A stretch of 46,776 bases of DNA from Psychromonas sp. (GCA_023145575.1 JAGLDN010000153.1:1-46776); one strand, 5' to 3'; shown: positions 11,011 through 22,228, counted from the first letter of the stretch. Numbers and translations are program-made. Notes: a model not told the origin generated them from the letters alone.

Positions 11011-12738
11011 ATGGCTTCAGTAATCAACACAAATGTTATGTCATTAAACGCACAACGTCAATTAGGCAAATCACAGGAAACAAGCAACCAGGCGATGGAA
11101 CGTTTATCTTCTGGTTTACGTATTAACAGTGCAAAAGATGATGCCGCAGGGCTTGCCATTTCAACTGGCATGCAATCACAAATCAAAGGTATTAACCAAG
11201 CCGTTCGTAACTCAAATGATGGTGTATCTATGGCACAAACAGCTGAAGGTGCAATGGGTGAAATGACTAACATTTTACAACGTATGAGAGAACTATCGGT
11301 TCAATCTGCGAATGATACAAACTCTGCATTAAACAGAGGGGCAATTCAAAAAGAAGTTGACCAACTTCACTCTGAACTTGATCGCATAGCTCAAACAACT
11401 GCATTTAACGGCATCAATTTATTAGATGGCAGTAGTGGAACAACAACACTACAAATAGGTGCTAACGCTAAAGAAACTTTATCATTCTCGATTGATTCTG
11501 TCACCACTAATGATCTTGGTTTAAATGGTAACTTGAATAAAGGAGAGCTTAATGGTGGCCGTGTTGATGGGCTTGTTGAACAATCAACTGTATTAATTAA
11601 CAATGTCTCAATAGGTGCTGGAACTAAAATCGAAGGTAATGAAGCATTAGCTAATGCCAACACTATTAACGAAAAAACTGCAGAAACAGGTGTTACTGCT
11701 ACTTCTTATAATGTCGTACAAGGTATGCATACAGATGGTGAAGGAAAAGCGCTAACTGGTATTACTGAAGGCATAGAAATTAAGGTTGGAGATGCCGCGG
11801 CTGTATCATTAGGTGTTACATCATCAATGAATAATTTAGTTTCGACTATTAATCGTGATGTTGAAGGAGTCACTGCTTCACTTGATAATCAGGGTGGTTT
11901 GGTATTAACAAATGCTACAGGTGCTGATATACAAATAAGTGGTGGAGTAGGTGATTCACTTAAAGACTCAGGTCTCTCAAGTGCTTCGGGAACACACAAA
12001 GGTTACTTAGCACTTTCAAGTGCAAATAATTCACCGATAAGTATTAGTGATGGGACATCTGAAAAAGCAACGCCAAATATAGGCGCTAAAATAAAAGATC
12101 TTGGATTTGCAATATCAAACGGCTCAGGATCATTTAAAACAGATGAAGGTGGAACTGTGGCAGGTGGAATAACAAAAAGTGATGGAATTCAAATAAATGG
12201 TGTTGATTTAGTTGTAAGCGGAACCTCGGTTACTGACGTAGTCTCTGGAGTTAATGCGTTGTCTTCCGAAACTGGCGTTAAAGCGACAGAAGTAGGCTCT
12301 CAAATTCAATTTTCTAGCATGAATGGACAGGCTATTCAAATCACGTCTAGTCAAGATGGTCAGACGTTGCAAGCAACATCCTTAGAAAAGTTGGGTATCA
12401 CGAATGAAGTGGGCGGAAAGGTAATAGACTCTTTGGGTACTAATGTATCTACTATGCAAGGAGCCAGTGATACTATTAGTAAAATTGATAAAGCACTAGA
12501 TAAGATAAGTGAATCACGAGCTAATCTTGGTGCCATTCAAAATAGACTTGGATCAACCATTTCAAACTTGGAAAATGTTTCACAAAACTTATCGGCTTCG
12601 AACTCTCGGATCCAAGATGCAGACTTTGCGGTAGAAACATCCAAAATGAGTAAAGCACAAATCTTGCAACAAGCAGGTACCTCAATGCTTGCACAAGCAA
12701 ATGCCTCAGCACAAAGTGTTCTTTCTCTTTTAGGATAA
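11011..12738 (+). CDS. fliC: Flagellin
   Basis: N-terminal [25 protein letters not shown] and C-terminal [25 protein letters not shown]; RBS AAGGAG. Confidence 0.98.
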   Translation: MASVINTNVMSLNAQRQLGKSQETSNQAMERLSSGLRINSAKDDAAGLAISTGMQSQIKGINQAVRNSNDGVSMAQTAEGAMGEMTNILQRMRELSVQSANDTNSALNRGAIQKEVDQLHSELDRIAQTTAFNGINLLDGSSGTTTLQIGANAKETLSFSIDSVTTNDLGLNGNLNKGELNGGRVDGLVEQSTVLINNVSIGAGTKIEGNEALANANTINEKTAETGVTATSYNVVQGMHTDGEGKALTGITEGIEIKVGDAAAVSLGVTSSMNNLVSTINRDVEGVTASLDNQGGLVLTNATGADIQISGGVGDSLKDSGLSSASGTHKGYLALSSANNSPISISDGTSEKATPNIGAKIKDLGFAISNGSGSFKTDEGGTVAGGITKSDGIQINGVDLVVSGTSVTDVVSGVNALSSETGVKATEVGSQIQFSSMNGQAIQITSSQDGQTLQATSLEKLGITNEVGGKVIDSLGTNVSTMQGASDTISKIDKALDKISESRANLGAIQNRLGSTISNLENVSQNLSASNSRIQDADFAVETSKMSKAQILQQAGTSMLAQANASAQSVLSLLG

Positions 12739-12762
12739 TAAAAGGAGTTTGAACATTGTATT

Positions 12763-12785
12763 AAGCTCCTAGGTTAGGAGCTTTT
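12763..12785 (+). terminator. Rho-independent terminator after flagellin
   Basis: aagctccta-ggt-taggagctt followed by T residues. Confidence 0.75.
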
Positions 12786-12896
12786 ACAACTTATAAAAAT
12801 TTAAAGTAGAAGTTGTTGGTTAAAATTTAGTTTATACGTGAGAGGTAAGCTAAGTTTTACACCATCAATAAATCATAATAACAACAGGGGGTATTT

Positions 12897-13265
12897 ATGT
12901 CTGATTCAAACATGGCAATACCAGCCTCTGGACTAAACGCTTCAAATATCAATAGCTCAAAGGTTGATTCTAAACCAATTATTAAAACTGAAGCTAAAGC
13001 AGAAGCCAACGATCTGCAGACAGAGAAAGCAATAAAGCCAACGCAAGAGGAAGTCGAAATTGTAATAAAAGAATTGAATGAATTTATGGAAACCACTAAA
13101 CGTGGTTTATCCTTTTCAGTCGATAAACAATTAGGCATAGAACTTGTATCAGTTATGGATTTAGAAACAGAGGAGGTCATCCGCCAAATCCCATCAGAGG
13201 AATTAGTGGTTTTAAGAAAAAAAATGGATGATATCGCAGGGGTATTATTCGAAACAAAAGTGTAA
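12897..13265 (+). CDS. flaG: Flagellar protein FlaG
   Basis: LSFSVD..V.VMD.ETEEVIRQIPSEE..GVLF motif; lies between fliC and fliD. Confidence 0.93.
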   Translation: MSDSNMAIPASGLNASNINSSKVDSKPIIKTEAKAEANDLQTEKAIKPTQEEVEIVIKELNEFMETTKRGLSFSVDKQLGIELVSVMDLETEEVIRQIPSEELVVLRKKMDDIAGVLFETKV

Positions 13266-13273
13266 AAAAAAGT

Positions 13274-13310
13274 AAACTAATAAAGAGGCGAAAGCCTCTT
13301 TTTAGTTTTT
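13274..13310 (+). terminator. Rho-independent terminator after flaG
   Basis: aaagaggc-gaaa-gcctcttt with a GNRA loop and T-tract. Confidence 0.85.
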
Positions 13311-13331
13311 AAACGTTTTATTATTACTAAA

Positions 13332-13347
13332 TGGTCTGATTTTTGCT
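13332..13347 (+). promoter_or_regulatory. sigma54 (-24/-12) promoter of fliD
   Basis: TGGTCTGATTTTTGCT, i.e. GG-N10-GC with TTGC at -12, directly after the flaG terminator. Confidence 0.65.
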
Positions 13348-13404
13348 GTATTATTTAAAGAAAATGCAAAATTTAAATTAATAAATGTTAATAGGGGACG
13401 CAAT

Positions 13405-15459
13405 ATGCCACCAATCACATCAACAGGTCTTGGAACTGGCCTTGATATCAATGCCATTGTGACCGCTATTGTTGGCGCAGAAAAAGATCCTATTATTGCA
13501 AAAGTGACAAAAGGATCTGCCCACGCGACTGCCGCTATCTCAGCTTATGGTTTATTAAACAGCGACCTTTCTACATTTAAATCATCTTATAAAGACCTAG
13601 GTTACAATTCTACCTTTGCTGCAGCTAAGGCATCATCAACTGATAGTGATATTTTAGATGCCAAATTAGGTATTGGTGCAGAGATCGGCAACTGGGAATT
13701 TGAAGTTAAGCAACGCGCACAAGCGCAAACATTAGTATCAAGCCCTGGAAATTTTACAGCAGTCACAGATCCGGTGGGTGAAGGTGTTATTTCATTGCGC
13801 TTTGGAAGTTATAGTGCAGACGGCAATACTTTTAATTTGAACGCGGACAAAGCGATTGAAAAAATTACCATTGATGGCTCAAATAACTCACTTGAAGGTC
13901 TGCGCAATACTATTAATGAAGGTGATTTTAGTGTTAAGGCCTCGATCATCAATGATGGTACAAATTATCGATTAGTATTAACCAACAAAGATACTGGTGA
14001 AAAAAATGCTGTTGAAATAACATCAACAGATACCAGTGGAAATGCAATACCCGCTGGAACAGGTCTTGACCGTTTGACTTACAGTGCAACGATAAAAAAT
14101 ATTGAGGAAACTAAGTCTGCCCAAGATGCAAAGATAATCATGAATGGGATTACTATCACACGAGATAGTAATCAAATTGACAGTGTAATTCAAGGGATAA
14201 CGCTAAATATCAACGGTGAAACAGAGATTGGTAAAAAAGTTTCTTTAACAATAAGTAGCGATACCAGTAAAGTCGAAGAAAAAATAAGAGCGTTTGTTGA
14301 AAATTATAATATTACGATAAAGAAAATGAATGATTTAACCAAGTTTAGTGGCGAGGGAGGAACAAATGGTGTACTAAATGGCGACTCTACCATACGAAAT
14401 ATTCAAGGAGTTCTGCGTAGTGTACTTAACACACCCGTGAATCATATTCCTGGGTCAATCCATAGTTTTGCTGATTTAGGCATGCTTACCCAAAAAGATG
14501 GCACATTAGAGTTAGATATAACAAAGTTTGAAAAGGCTTTAAAAAATGACATGGCAGGGATAGCAGACTTCTTTACCGCTTCAGGTGGTTCAAATGATCC
14601 TTTTATCTCATTTGAAGGCAGTAATAGCTTAACAAAACCAGGAACTTATTCCGTTGAAGTGACACAATTAGCAACACAATCAAGCTTGATTGGTAGCTCG
14701 GTTGCAAGTGCTACGCCGACTGTGAATGCTGATAATGACACATTTAAAATGCGTTTAAATGGCATTTTGACAGATGATATCGTTTTATCACAAGGAGCAT
14801 ATGCGTCAATTAGTGATCTTGCCAATGAATTGCAAGTACAAATAAATTCAGATAAGAACCTAATGGAAAATGACATTAGCATTCGAGTAATTGAAGATGC
14901 AGGAAAACTATCGTTTACATCAAGTAAATACGGCTCTGAGTCAACTATCGCATTTACTGAAGTTGATTCTAACTTTTTGTCAGACTTTGGAATAGGTGTA
15001 CAATCAGGCACAACGGGTCTTGATGTTGAAGGTTTGATTGATGGTAAACAAGCTTCAGGCTATGGGCAAACATTACTTTCTGACAACGGGGATTCAACGG
15101 GCATTAAATTATTAATTGAAGGCGGCTTATTAGGCCCTCGAGAAGATATTACTTTTTCCGAAGGGATGAGCTTTGCCATGAGCAAGGTCTTGTCAGGGAT
15201 CATTGATATCAATATTTCTAGTTCAACTGGAGATATAAACTCAAGTAACAGCATCATTGATGGTAAACTTGATTCTTTATATAAGGGGATTTCCGCTCTT
15301 GAAGAAACACAAAAGACAGCTATCTATCGTGCAGATAAATTAGAAGCGCGATTATATAAAGAGTTCAATGCGATGGATATCGCTGTTTCTAGTTTGCATA
15401 ACACAATGGAATATCTAAAAGGTGCACTTGATGCACTCCCTGGCTATACGAGAGACTAG
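13405..15459 (+). CDS. fliD: Flagellar filament cap protein FliD (long form, 684 aa)
   Basis: ITSTGLGTGLDIN..IV..IV.AE N-terminus, ASIINDG, AQDA.I..NG, GVLNGDS and RLYKEFNAMD. Confidence 0.95.
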   Translation: MPPITSTGLGTGLDINAIVTAIVGAEKDPIIAKVTKGSAHATAAISAYGLLNSDLSTFKSSYKDLGYNSTFAAAKASSTDSDILDAKLGIGAEIGNWEFEVKQRAQAQTLVSSPGNFTAVTDPVGEGVISLRFGSYSADGNTFNLNADKAIEKITIDGSNNSLEGLRNTINEGDFSVKASIINDGTNYRLVLTNKDTGEKNAVEITSTDTSGNAIPAGTGLDRLTYSATIKNIEETKSAQDAKIIMNGITITRDSNQIDSVIQGITLNINGETEIGKKVSLTISSDTSKVEEKIRAFVENYNITIKKMNDLTKFSGEGGTNGVLNGDSTIRNIQGVLRSVLNTPVNHIPGSIHSFADLGMLTQKDGTLELDITKFEKALKNDMAGIADFFTASGGSNDPFISFEGSNSLTKPGTYSVEVTQLATQSSLIGSSVASATPTVNADNDTFKMRLNGILTDDIVLSQGAYASISDLANELQVQINSDKNLMENDISIRVIEDAGKLSFTSSKYGSESTIAFTEVDSNFLSDFGIGVQSGTTGLDVEGLIDGKQASGYGQTLLSDNGDSTGIKLLIEGGLLGPREDITFSEGMSFAMSKVLSGIIDINISSSTGDINSSNSIIDGKLDSLYKGISALEETQKTAIYRADKLEARLYKEFNAMDIAVSSLHNTMEYLKGALDALPGYTRD

Positions 15460-16660
15460 CGCATTCAGACTTAAGTTGCCTTAATTTAGTTTGGGTTTTC
15501 AGCACCTTATTGCTAAATTTCCAATGATACGGATGAGCATAAAATTTATTATGATGATCTATGAACTCTAAAAACTTTGATTTCAAGTTATCGGTCGATA
15601 TAAAACTTCCTCGCTTTAAAACTTTGCGCATTAAAATACCCAGCCAAATCTTTATTAGATCCATCCCTGATGCATATTTTTGTGTTATTAAAAACAATTT
15701 TATGTGATTTACGGCTTAAAACTCGGCGCGATTTATTGAATTTCAAGAATTTCTGTTCCACCTTTAATGCCAATGATTGCCTTCAAACCCACTGCGCTCT
15801 GTAACATGACGAACTAAACTTTCTGATTGATGTGTATTTAAATTATCAGCAACAATTTGTAGTTGGATATAACCATAATGATGATCCTCAAGAGCCTTTA
15901 TAAAGTTCACAAAATCGTCTTCTTTTCAACGATTTGGCAAACTGAGAACACCTCACCAGTCACCACATCAAAACCCCCAACAAACATTGAGCTCTGAGAC
16001 GAATATATTCATATTCTGGTCGTTTAACCATGCCTTGTTTTATTGGAAATGTTGCTTGGGCTCGCTAAAGAGGTTGTATTCCGTTCATTTCATCAAAGCT
16101 AACCGTTATTCCAAACATTTTTTAAAGCCTTGCATTTTTATAAAAATCGCAAACATTTGCAATTTCTTGTTCCCTAAACTCATCAATTTTTAGGCCTCTA
16201 TTATTTATTTTTGTGTGGTTTAAGTTAAATTTTTATTAATAATCGGCCAATGTACTGTACTGAAATTGATTTGAAGATCCCTTGTTTTATTGAATCCATT
16301 TATAGCTGTGATTATGTCCACTGACTGATGGGTCGATTGTATTTTTTAGGACGATCGCAAGCTAAAGCGACGAGTTGACAAAGACTTTCAGCGCATATCT
16401 TCGAGGTGCTCTGCACCATTTAGTAACTATCAAGCAGTCCTTCATGGAATGATCATAGATCAAATAATTACAACGATGGCACCATTTTTCAACTATTCGT
16501 GCTGAAGCATTTACTTCAGCAATGACCATCTTGCTGCCTTGTAAGACTTCATCTCTAAATGTCATTTTAGCAACAAGAGCCAAATATTATATGCCAAATC
16601 CTTTAAAGTTATTGACTGTCGTTCTAATCGATACTTATCAAATAGTGTCATTTGTCCTCT
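15460..16660 (-). mobile_element. Degraded IS630-family transposase
   Basis: Minus-strand fragments IVEKWCHR, APRRY, CDRPKKYNRPISQWT, FDVVTGEV, QIVADNLNTH and IWLGILMRKVLKRGSFISTDNLKSKFLEFIDHHN..HPYHW; many frameshifts. Abuts the TA of the fliD stop codon (IS630 targets TA). The boundary near 16660 is approximate. Confidence 0.85.
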
Positions 16661-17036
16661 TGCAAGACGCAAGGAATAACTTAAAGTGATGTGATTGAAT
16701 TTCTATTTAAAGTTGAGCTTCCTGATTTTACTAGGAACATGAAATACATCTATAAGACGCCGAAGGGATACAAAATAACTTACTTCCACATTATTAATTT
16801 CGTAAAGATAACAACCATTGACATCAACTTGCGTATTTAATTAAGCTGTTTTTTCTTCGAAAATTTAGTTCATATACTTAATGTTATTAGTATCAGTTTT
16901 TCTTGTTTAATTTTTTCAATTTGAAACATTATTAAAACAGATATTTATTTTTTTTGTTTCTGTGATATCTAATGCGCCCTCTCCATTTATTTTTTATATA
17001 ATCAATAATTAAATTAACTATATATAAGGTTTTTAG

Positions 17037-19016
17037 ATGGCCTCTAAGCTAGATCCTCTAATGGTGAAGATCCAAACTCAGCTTTTACAAGTAACGTTCA
17101 TTAAAAATATGACACTTTTACAGAATAAAATGCCTACTATTTATGAATATTATAAAGATTACATACCAACAAAAGTACAATTAAAGCTAGATGATGATAG
17201 TCGGGTTAATTTGCTTGCTAATGGACAGTTTGTTTACCAAGGGGATCCTAGGTTAGAGAGTCAGGCACAAGTTGATGCGTTTTCAAAATCGCCAGTAAAT
17301 TTTGATTATGAGATAATTCCTGAAGAAACATATTTCTATCAGCATCAGCAAGTTGTTAATGAAATATTTAATAAACGAATAGAGGAAATTGGGTCAAGTA
17401 TGCCAAGCTGCCTCCACAAAAATGGAGATATTACATTTCTTGCCATCATGGGTGCTGGGCTTGGTTACCATATTGAAATTCTATTAACTCAATTTTCAAT
17501 TCGCAGTGTTTTTTTATTTGAACCTGAGCCTGATTGTTTTTTTTCGGCACTGCACTGCGTTGACTTTGAGCCATTACTCGCGCATTGCACAAAACGTGGT
17601 GGCGAATTTACTATCAAAATCGGGGGGGATGAATATGAATATGTTAATGACATTAATGCTTCTTTTAAAAGTCGAGGGTATTTTAATTGTGTAAAAATGT
17701 ATTTATATCGTCATTATATTAGCGATAAAACAACAGATGCATTTAAACTGATCAATGATCTTGGTTACCGCTACCAAAGTGGTTGGGGATTTTGTGAAGA
17801 TGAAGTGATTGGTATTAGTCATACACTCACCAATATATCTGAAAATAACGCCCCAATATTATTAACCTCGGCAAAACAAAACAAAAGAAATCTACCCGTT
17901 TTTGTGATAGGTAATGGCCCCTCCCTAAATACATGCATCGAGTATTTAAAAGTAAATCAAGACAATGCTATTATTTTCTCTTCAGGTACGACTTTAAAAC
18001 CATTATTAAATAATGACATCATCCCAGACTTTCATGTTGAGCAAGAACGTCCTGCTACAATTTATCAATGGGTGAAGAAAATTGGACATGAAAAAACATT
18101 AAAAAAAATCGACTTGATTTGTCTTAATACAGTTTACCCTAAAATTTTATCTTTATTTAAAAAAGCATACATTGTATTAAAAGCCGGAGATGCGGGGACA
18201 ACTTTTATCCACGATTCAATTTCTAAAAAATATGAAGAGCTCTTTTTTTCTAACCCTACAGTGACCAATGCTTCAACAGCTATCGCTATCGCAATGGGTT
18301 TTAAAAGAATCTATTTATTTGGACTTGACTATGGCTTTAAAACCGAAGGCGAGCAGCATGCCCAAGGGAGTATTTATGATGATATAAAAGATTATAAGTT
18401 AAGCAAACACTTGGAAGTGCTTGGAAATTTTGGCGGGAATATTGAAACGACTCGCACCTTTGATTTTTCGCGCGGTGTACTCGAAATGCTACTTGCTGAA
18501 AATACAGATGTCCAGTGCCTAAATACAAGTGATGGCGCTAAAATAACACATACAATCCCGATAAAAATAACAGATATGCCAATATTTCCATTACTCAAAG
18601 GAAAACAAAAATATGCTCAAAAAGCATTATCAAGCAGTTTTAATAACAATTATTGGCAACAATGCAATATAATAGCATCGTTTCAAACATTACAGCCAAA
18701 ATTCCAACAATATATAAAACAGCTTATTGAATTTACTGCTAATGTAAAAACGCGCTTGGAATTAGTCAATGCGTTTACTGTGCAATATCAATTTTTAAAT
18801 GATGTTAAAAATGACAGCACAAAAAAATTATTTCTTCGTTTTATGAGTGGTTCGCTTAATTACTTGCAATCAACGGTGGTAAGTAACGTATATTATTTTT
18901 CAAAGGCAGAAGATCAAAGCGCATTTATTTCGTTCTCTTTGAATAAAATGAATGATCATTTCATTTGGCTCGTCAATGATCTGGCACAGAATTATAATCA
19001 ACCAGCAAAAAGGTAG
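17037..19016 (+). CDS. maf: Motility-associated factor (Maf, DUF115/MAF_flag10) flagellin nonulosonic-acid glycosyltransferase
   Basis: GAGLGYH, FEPEPD, GWGF, VIGNGPSL, PDFHVEQER, PTVTN and IYLFGLDYGF; lies between fliD and pse genes. Confidence 0.9.
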   Translation: MASKLDPLMVKIQTQLLQVTFIKNMTLLQNKMPTIYEYYKDYIPTKVQLKLDDDSRVNLLANGQFVYQGDPRLESQAQVDAFSKSPVNFDYEIIPEETYFYQHQQVVNEIFNKRIEEIGSSMPSCLHKNGDITFLAIMGAGLGYHIEILLTQFSIRSVFLFEPEPDCFFSALHCVDFEPLLAHCTKRGGEFTIKIGGDEYEYVNDINASFKSRGYFNCVKMYLYRHYISDKTTDAFKLINDLGYRYQSGWGFCEDEVIGISHTLTNISENNAPILLTSAKQNKRNLPVFVIGNGPSLNTCIEYLKVNQDNAIIFSSGTTLKPLLNNDIIPDFHVEQERPATIYQWVKKIGHEKTLKKIDLICLNTVYPKILSLFKKAYIVLKAGDAGTTFIHDSISKKYEELFFSNPTVTNASTAIAIAMGFKRIYLFGLDYGFKTEGEQHAQGSIYDDIKDYKLSKHLEVLGNFGGNIETTRTFDFSRGVLEMLLAENTDVQCLNTSDGAKITHTIPIKITDMPIFPLLKGKQKYAQKALSSSFNNNYWQQCNIIASFQTLQPKFQQYIKQLIEFTANVKTRLELVNAFTVQYQFLNDVKNDSTKKLFLRFMSGSLNYLQSTVVSNVYYFSKAEDQSAFISFSLNKMNDHFIWLVNDLAQNYNQPAKR

Positions 19017-19030
19017 CAGGGATAAAACTG

Positions 19031-20437
19031 ATGAGTTTGATGGTAAAAAATAATCCAAGTTCAATAAAAAAATTAAAGCAAGCAACTCAAGAAACGAATA
19101 AGGGAAACTATCAAAAATCTATTAAGTTATGTCACAAAATAATAAAAAAATTCCCTAACGATGCGGTTACTTATAAATTGCTCGCGACTAATTTACTAGA
19201 ACTGAATCGATTTTCTGAAGTTGAAATAGCATTAAAAAAAGCAATTAGCCATTGCGATGAAGCGGGATCTCAGCCACTGATACACCTACTGGGCTGCAAT
19301 TATTTAAACCTTGAATCCTATAAAAAAGCACTGGGTATATTTGAAGACTTATTTAATAAAACCGGCGATCCTAAGATTTTACTCGATATAGCGCTTTCTT
19401 ACTTTAAATTAGGTGATTATGAAAGTGCACGCGATGTTTACTATAAATTGCTCGAGTTAGATCCAGATAATCATCAAGCTAAATTTAATTTATACCCTAT
19501 TCTAATCTATTTTCAAGACTATAAAAATGCTTGGACTTGTTTTCATAGTCGTATTGAACGCCAAGAGATGAAGGATCAATTGCATTGGTTTGCACCTGCT
19601 TGGAATGGTGAATCATTGGTAGGAAAAAATATACTGATTTATCCAGAGCAGGGGATTGGAGATAATCTTTCTTATACAAGCTGTTTTTCTGAAGCCATAA
19701 ATGATGCGAAACAGGCGCATATTGTTTGTGATAACCGTTTAAAAGGGCTGTATGAATATAACTTTCCAAATGCGACTATTCACTCCTACCAAGATGTTAA
19801 TAAAAGGCAAGCTGTGAGCACTGATCTAGATCTTCAAATTTTGGCGGGTTCATTAACTTATTTATATAGGACTTCAGCTGCTTCTTTTAGCAACAATAAA
19901 CGCCTAGTGATTAGTGATAAATTAAAACAACAAAAGAATAATTACCTCTCTAAGACAAAACTTCGCATTGGTTTATCTTGGTATCATGGGAAAGTTAATG
20001 ACGGTAATCAATACTCAATGACGCTTGAAGAGATGCTACCGCTATTAAAAATAGAAGGTGTTCAATGGATCAACCTACAATTTGGCGAGTGGAAAAAAGA
20101 AGTTGATAATATGCAAGGAAAACACAATATTTGTATTCAGCATTTTGACGATTGTTCTGCGGCAGGTAATTTTGAGGATTATGGCGCATTGATTGCTAAC
20201 CTAGATTTAGTGATCTCTGCAAGTAATGCCGCGCTAATGTTATCAACACGCCTAGGTGTTAAATCTTGGATGTTTTTGCCATTGAAAAATTTTTCTAAGG
20301 AAGGTCAAGCATTTCAAGATTGTTTATCATTTAAGGGACAACGTAATTTCTATAAAGATTTTTCTTCTGATTGGTGCGCTGTGATTAATCAATTTTGTGA
20401 AGGATTAAACAGCATAATAAAAAGAGATGTCAAATGA
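19031..20437 (+). CDS. TPR-repeat protein with C-terminal GT-B (GT9-like) glycosyltransferase domain
   Basis: N-terminal TPR helices; WNGESLVGKNILIYPEQGIGD, RIGLSW, WINLQFG and LIANLDLVIS. Confidence 0.8.
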   Translation: MSLMVKNNPSSIKKLKQATQETNKGNYQKSIKLCHKIIKKFPNDAVTYKLLATNLLELNRFSEVEIALKKAISHCDEAGSQPLIHLLGCNYLNLESYKKALGIFEDLFNKTGDPKILLDIALSYFKLGDYESARDVYYKLLELDPDNHQAKFNLYPILIYFQDYKNAWTCFHSRIERQEMKDQLHWFAPAWNGESLVGKNILIYPEQGIGDNLSYTSCFSEAINDAKQAHIVCDNRLKGLYEYNFPNATIHSYQDVNKRQAVSTDLDLQILAGSLTYLYRTSAASFSNNKRLVISDKLKQQKNNYLSKTKLRIGLSWYHGKVNDGNQYSMTLEEMLPLLKIEGVQWINLQFGEWKKEVDNMQGKHNICIQHFDDCSAAGNFEDYGALIANLDLVISASNAALMLSTRLGVKSWMFLPLKNFSKEGQAFQDCLSFKGQRNFYKDFSSDWCAVINQFCEGLNSIIKRDVK

Positions 20438-21174
20438 AAAATATTGCGGTGATCCCTGCTCGAGGGGGAAGTAAGCGGATCCCTGAAAAGAATATAAAAC
20501 TCTTTTGTGGAAAACCAATCATTGCCTATAGCATTGAAGCGGCTTTAAACTCTGGAATTTTTGATTCTGTAATTGTTTCTACCGATGATGAAAAAATTTC
20601 CAAAATTGCAAAACAATTTGGTGCTGAAGTCCCTTTTCTACGACCTAAGCATTTAGCAGATGACCATACCAGTACTTCCAGTGTCATTCAGCATACCGTT
20701 GTAGAGTTGCAAATACTAGGCTATGAAATCAACTTGGTTTGTTGTATTTATGCAACCGCGCCTTTTTTACAAAAAAAATATATTGTTAACGCAGTTAATG
20801 AATTAAAAAAACAAACAAATAAAACCTCAGCCTTTACCGTGTGCAAATTTAATTACCCTATCCAACGCTCATTTACCCTTGAGTCGCCCAATCAAAATGT
20901 AACCCCAGTTGATAAAAGTGCGCTACCTAAACGTTCACAAGACTTGCCAAATGTTTATCATGACGCAGGGCAATTTTATTTGGCACAAAAAAACGATTTT
21001 TTACATAACAGTTTCAATATTTTTTCTCCTCATTCAATACCTATCATTTTGCCTCATTATTTAGTCCAAGACATTGATGATAACGATGATTGGCGTAGAG
21101 CTGAATATATGTATAAAGCTTTTATTTTAGATAATGACAACATTGAAAAAAGTGTTCGTTATGATGAGTCATAA
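20434..21174 (+). CDS. pseF: Pseudaminic acid cytidylyltransferase
   Basis: IPARGGSKRIPEKNI, CCIYATAPF, RSQDL..YHDAGQFY and VQDID. Confidence 0.92.
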   Translation: MKNIAVIPARGGSKRIPEKNIKLFCGKPIIAYSIEAALNSGIFDSVIVSTDDEKISKIAKQFGAEVPFLRPKHLADDHTSTSSVIQHTVVELQILGYEINLVCCIYATAPFLQKKYIVNAVNELKKQTNKTSAFTVCKFNYPIQRSFTLESPNQNVTPVDKSALPKRSQDLPNVYHDAGQFYLAQKNDFLHNSFNIFSPHSIPIILPHYLVQDIDDNDDWRRAEYMYKAFILDNDNIEKSVRYDES

Positions 21175-22225
21175 CGTCCAGATATCAGGGCGAAAAATAT
21201 CTCAAACTGAGCCGCCTTTTGTGATTGCAGAGCTATCAGGTAATCACAACCAATCATTAGATCTTGCATTGAAAATGGTAGAAGCCGCTGCACAAGCTGG
21301 AGTAGATGCGATTAAGCTACAAACCTACATAGCCGAAACAATGACGCTCGACTGTGAATTAGATGATTTTCAAATATTATCAGACAACAACCTATGGAAA
21401 GGTAATTCGCTTTATAATTTATATGAAAAAGCGCACACTCCTTGGGATTGGCATCAAACACTTTTTAATAAAGCAAAATCATTAGGCTTAATTGCTTTTA
21501 GCTCCCCCTTTGATATTAGCGCCGTTGAGTTTTTAGAAACATTAGATGTGCCTTGTTATAAAATAGCCTCCTTTGAAAATAATGATATTCCACTAATAAA
21601 ACGCATTGCAGAAACTGGGAAACCTGTCATTATGTCCACGGGTATGGCCTCACTTACAGAAATTTCAGAAGCTGTTGATTGCTTGAAAAATAATGGTTGC
21701 TCAGAACTTATCTTATTGAAATGTACTAGTGCTTATCCTGCCAGCCCTGCGCACGCTAATTTAAAAACTATTAAGCATCTGCGTGAGACATTTAAATGTG
21801 AGATAGGAATATCTGATCATACTTTAGGCATAGGTGTCGCGCTAGCAGGGGTTGCATTAGGCGCATCAGTGATTGAAAAACATTTTGTATTATCACGAGA
21901 TGCTGGGGGTGTTGATGCGGCCTTCTCATTAGAACCCGAAGAATTAAAACTATTAGTTAATGAAAGTAAGGCTGCAGCATTAGCTGTTGGACAGGTATTA
22001 TACGGTGGTACATGTAGTGAGCGAGATTCTAAAAAATATCGCCGCTCAATTTATATTTCTCAAAACATAAAAAAAGGTGATGTTTTAACCAATAAGAACT
22101 TACAAGTCATTCGCCCTGCCTTAGGGCTTGCTCCAAAGTTTCATACCTTGGTGTTAGGTCAACGTATAATAAAAGACACCGTTAAGGGAACACCACTGTC
22201 TTGGGACTTATTAAAAAATGAATAA
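21161..22225 (+). CDS. pseI: Pseudaminic acid synthase
   Basis: IAELSGNHNQ, AIKLQTY, AHTPWDWH, YKIASFE, SDHTLG, IEKHF and C-terminal SAF domain. Start probably ATG 21161 or 21164; ORF track gives 21134. Confidence 0.93.
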   Translation: MMSHNVQISGRKISQTEPPFVIAELSGNHNQSLDLALKMVEAAAQAGVDAIKLQTYIAETMTLDCELDDFQILSDNNLWKGNSLYNLYEKAHTPWDWHQTLFNKAKSLGLIAFSSPFDISAVEFLETLDVPCYKIASFENNDIPLIKRIAETGKPVIMSTGMASLTEISEAVDCLKNNGCSELILLKCTSAYPASPAHANLKTIKHLRETFKCEIGISDHTLGIGVALAGVALGASVIEKHFVLSRDAGGVDAAFSLEPEELKLLVNESKAAALAVGQVLYGGTCSERDSKKYRRSIYISQNIKKGDVLTNKNLQVIRPALGLAPKFHTLVLGQRIIKDTVKGTPLSWDLLKNE

Positions 22226-22228
22226 CGT

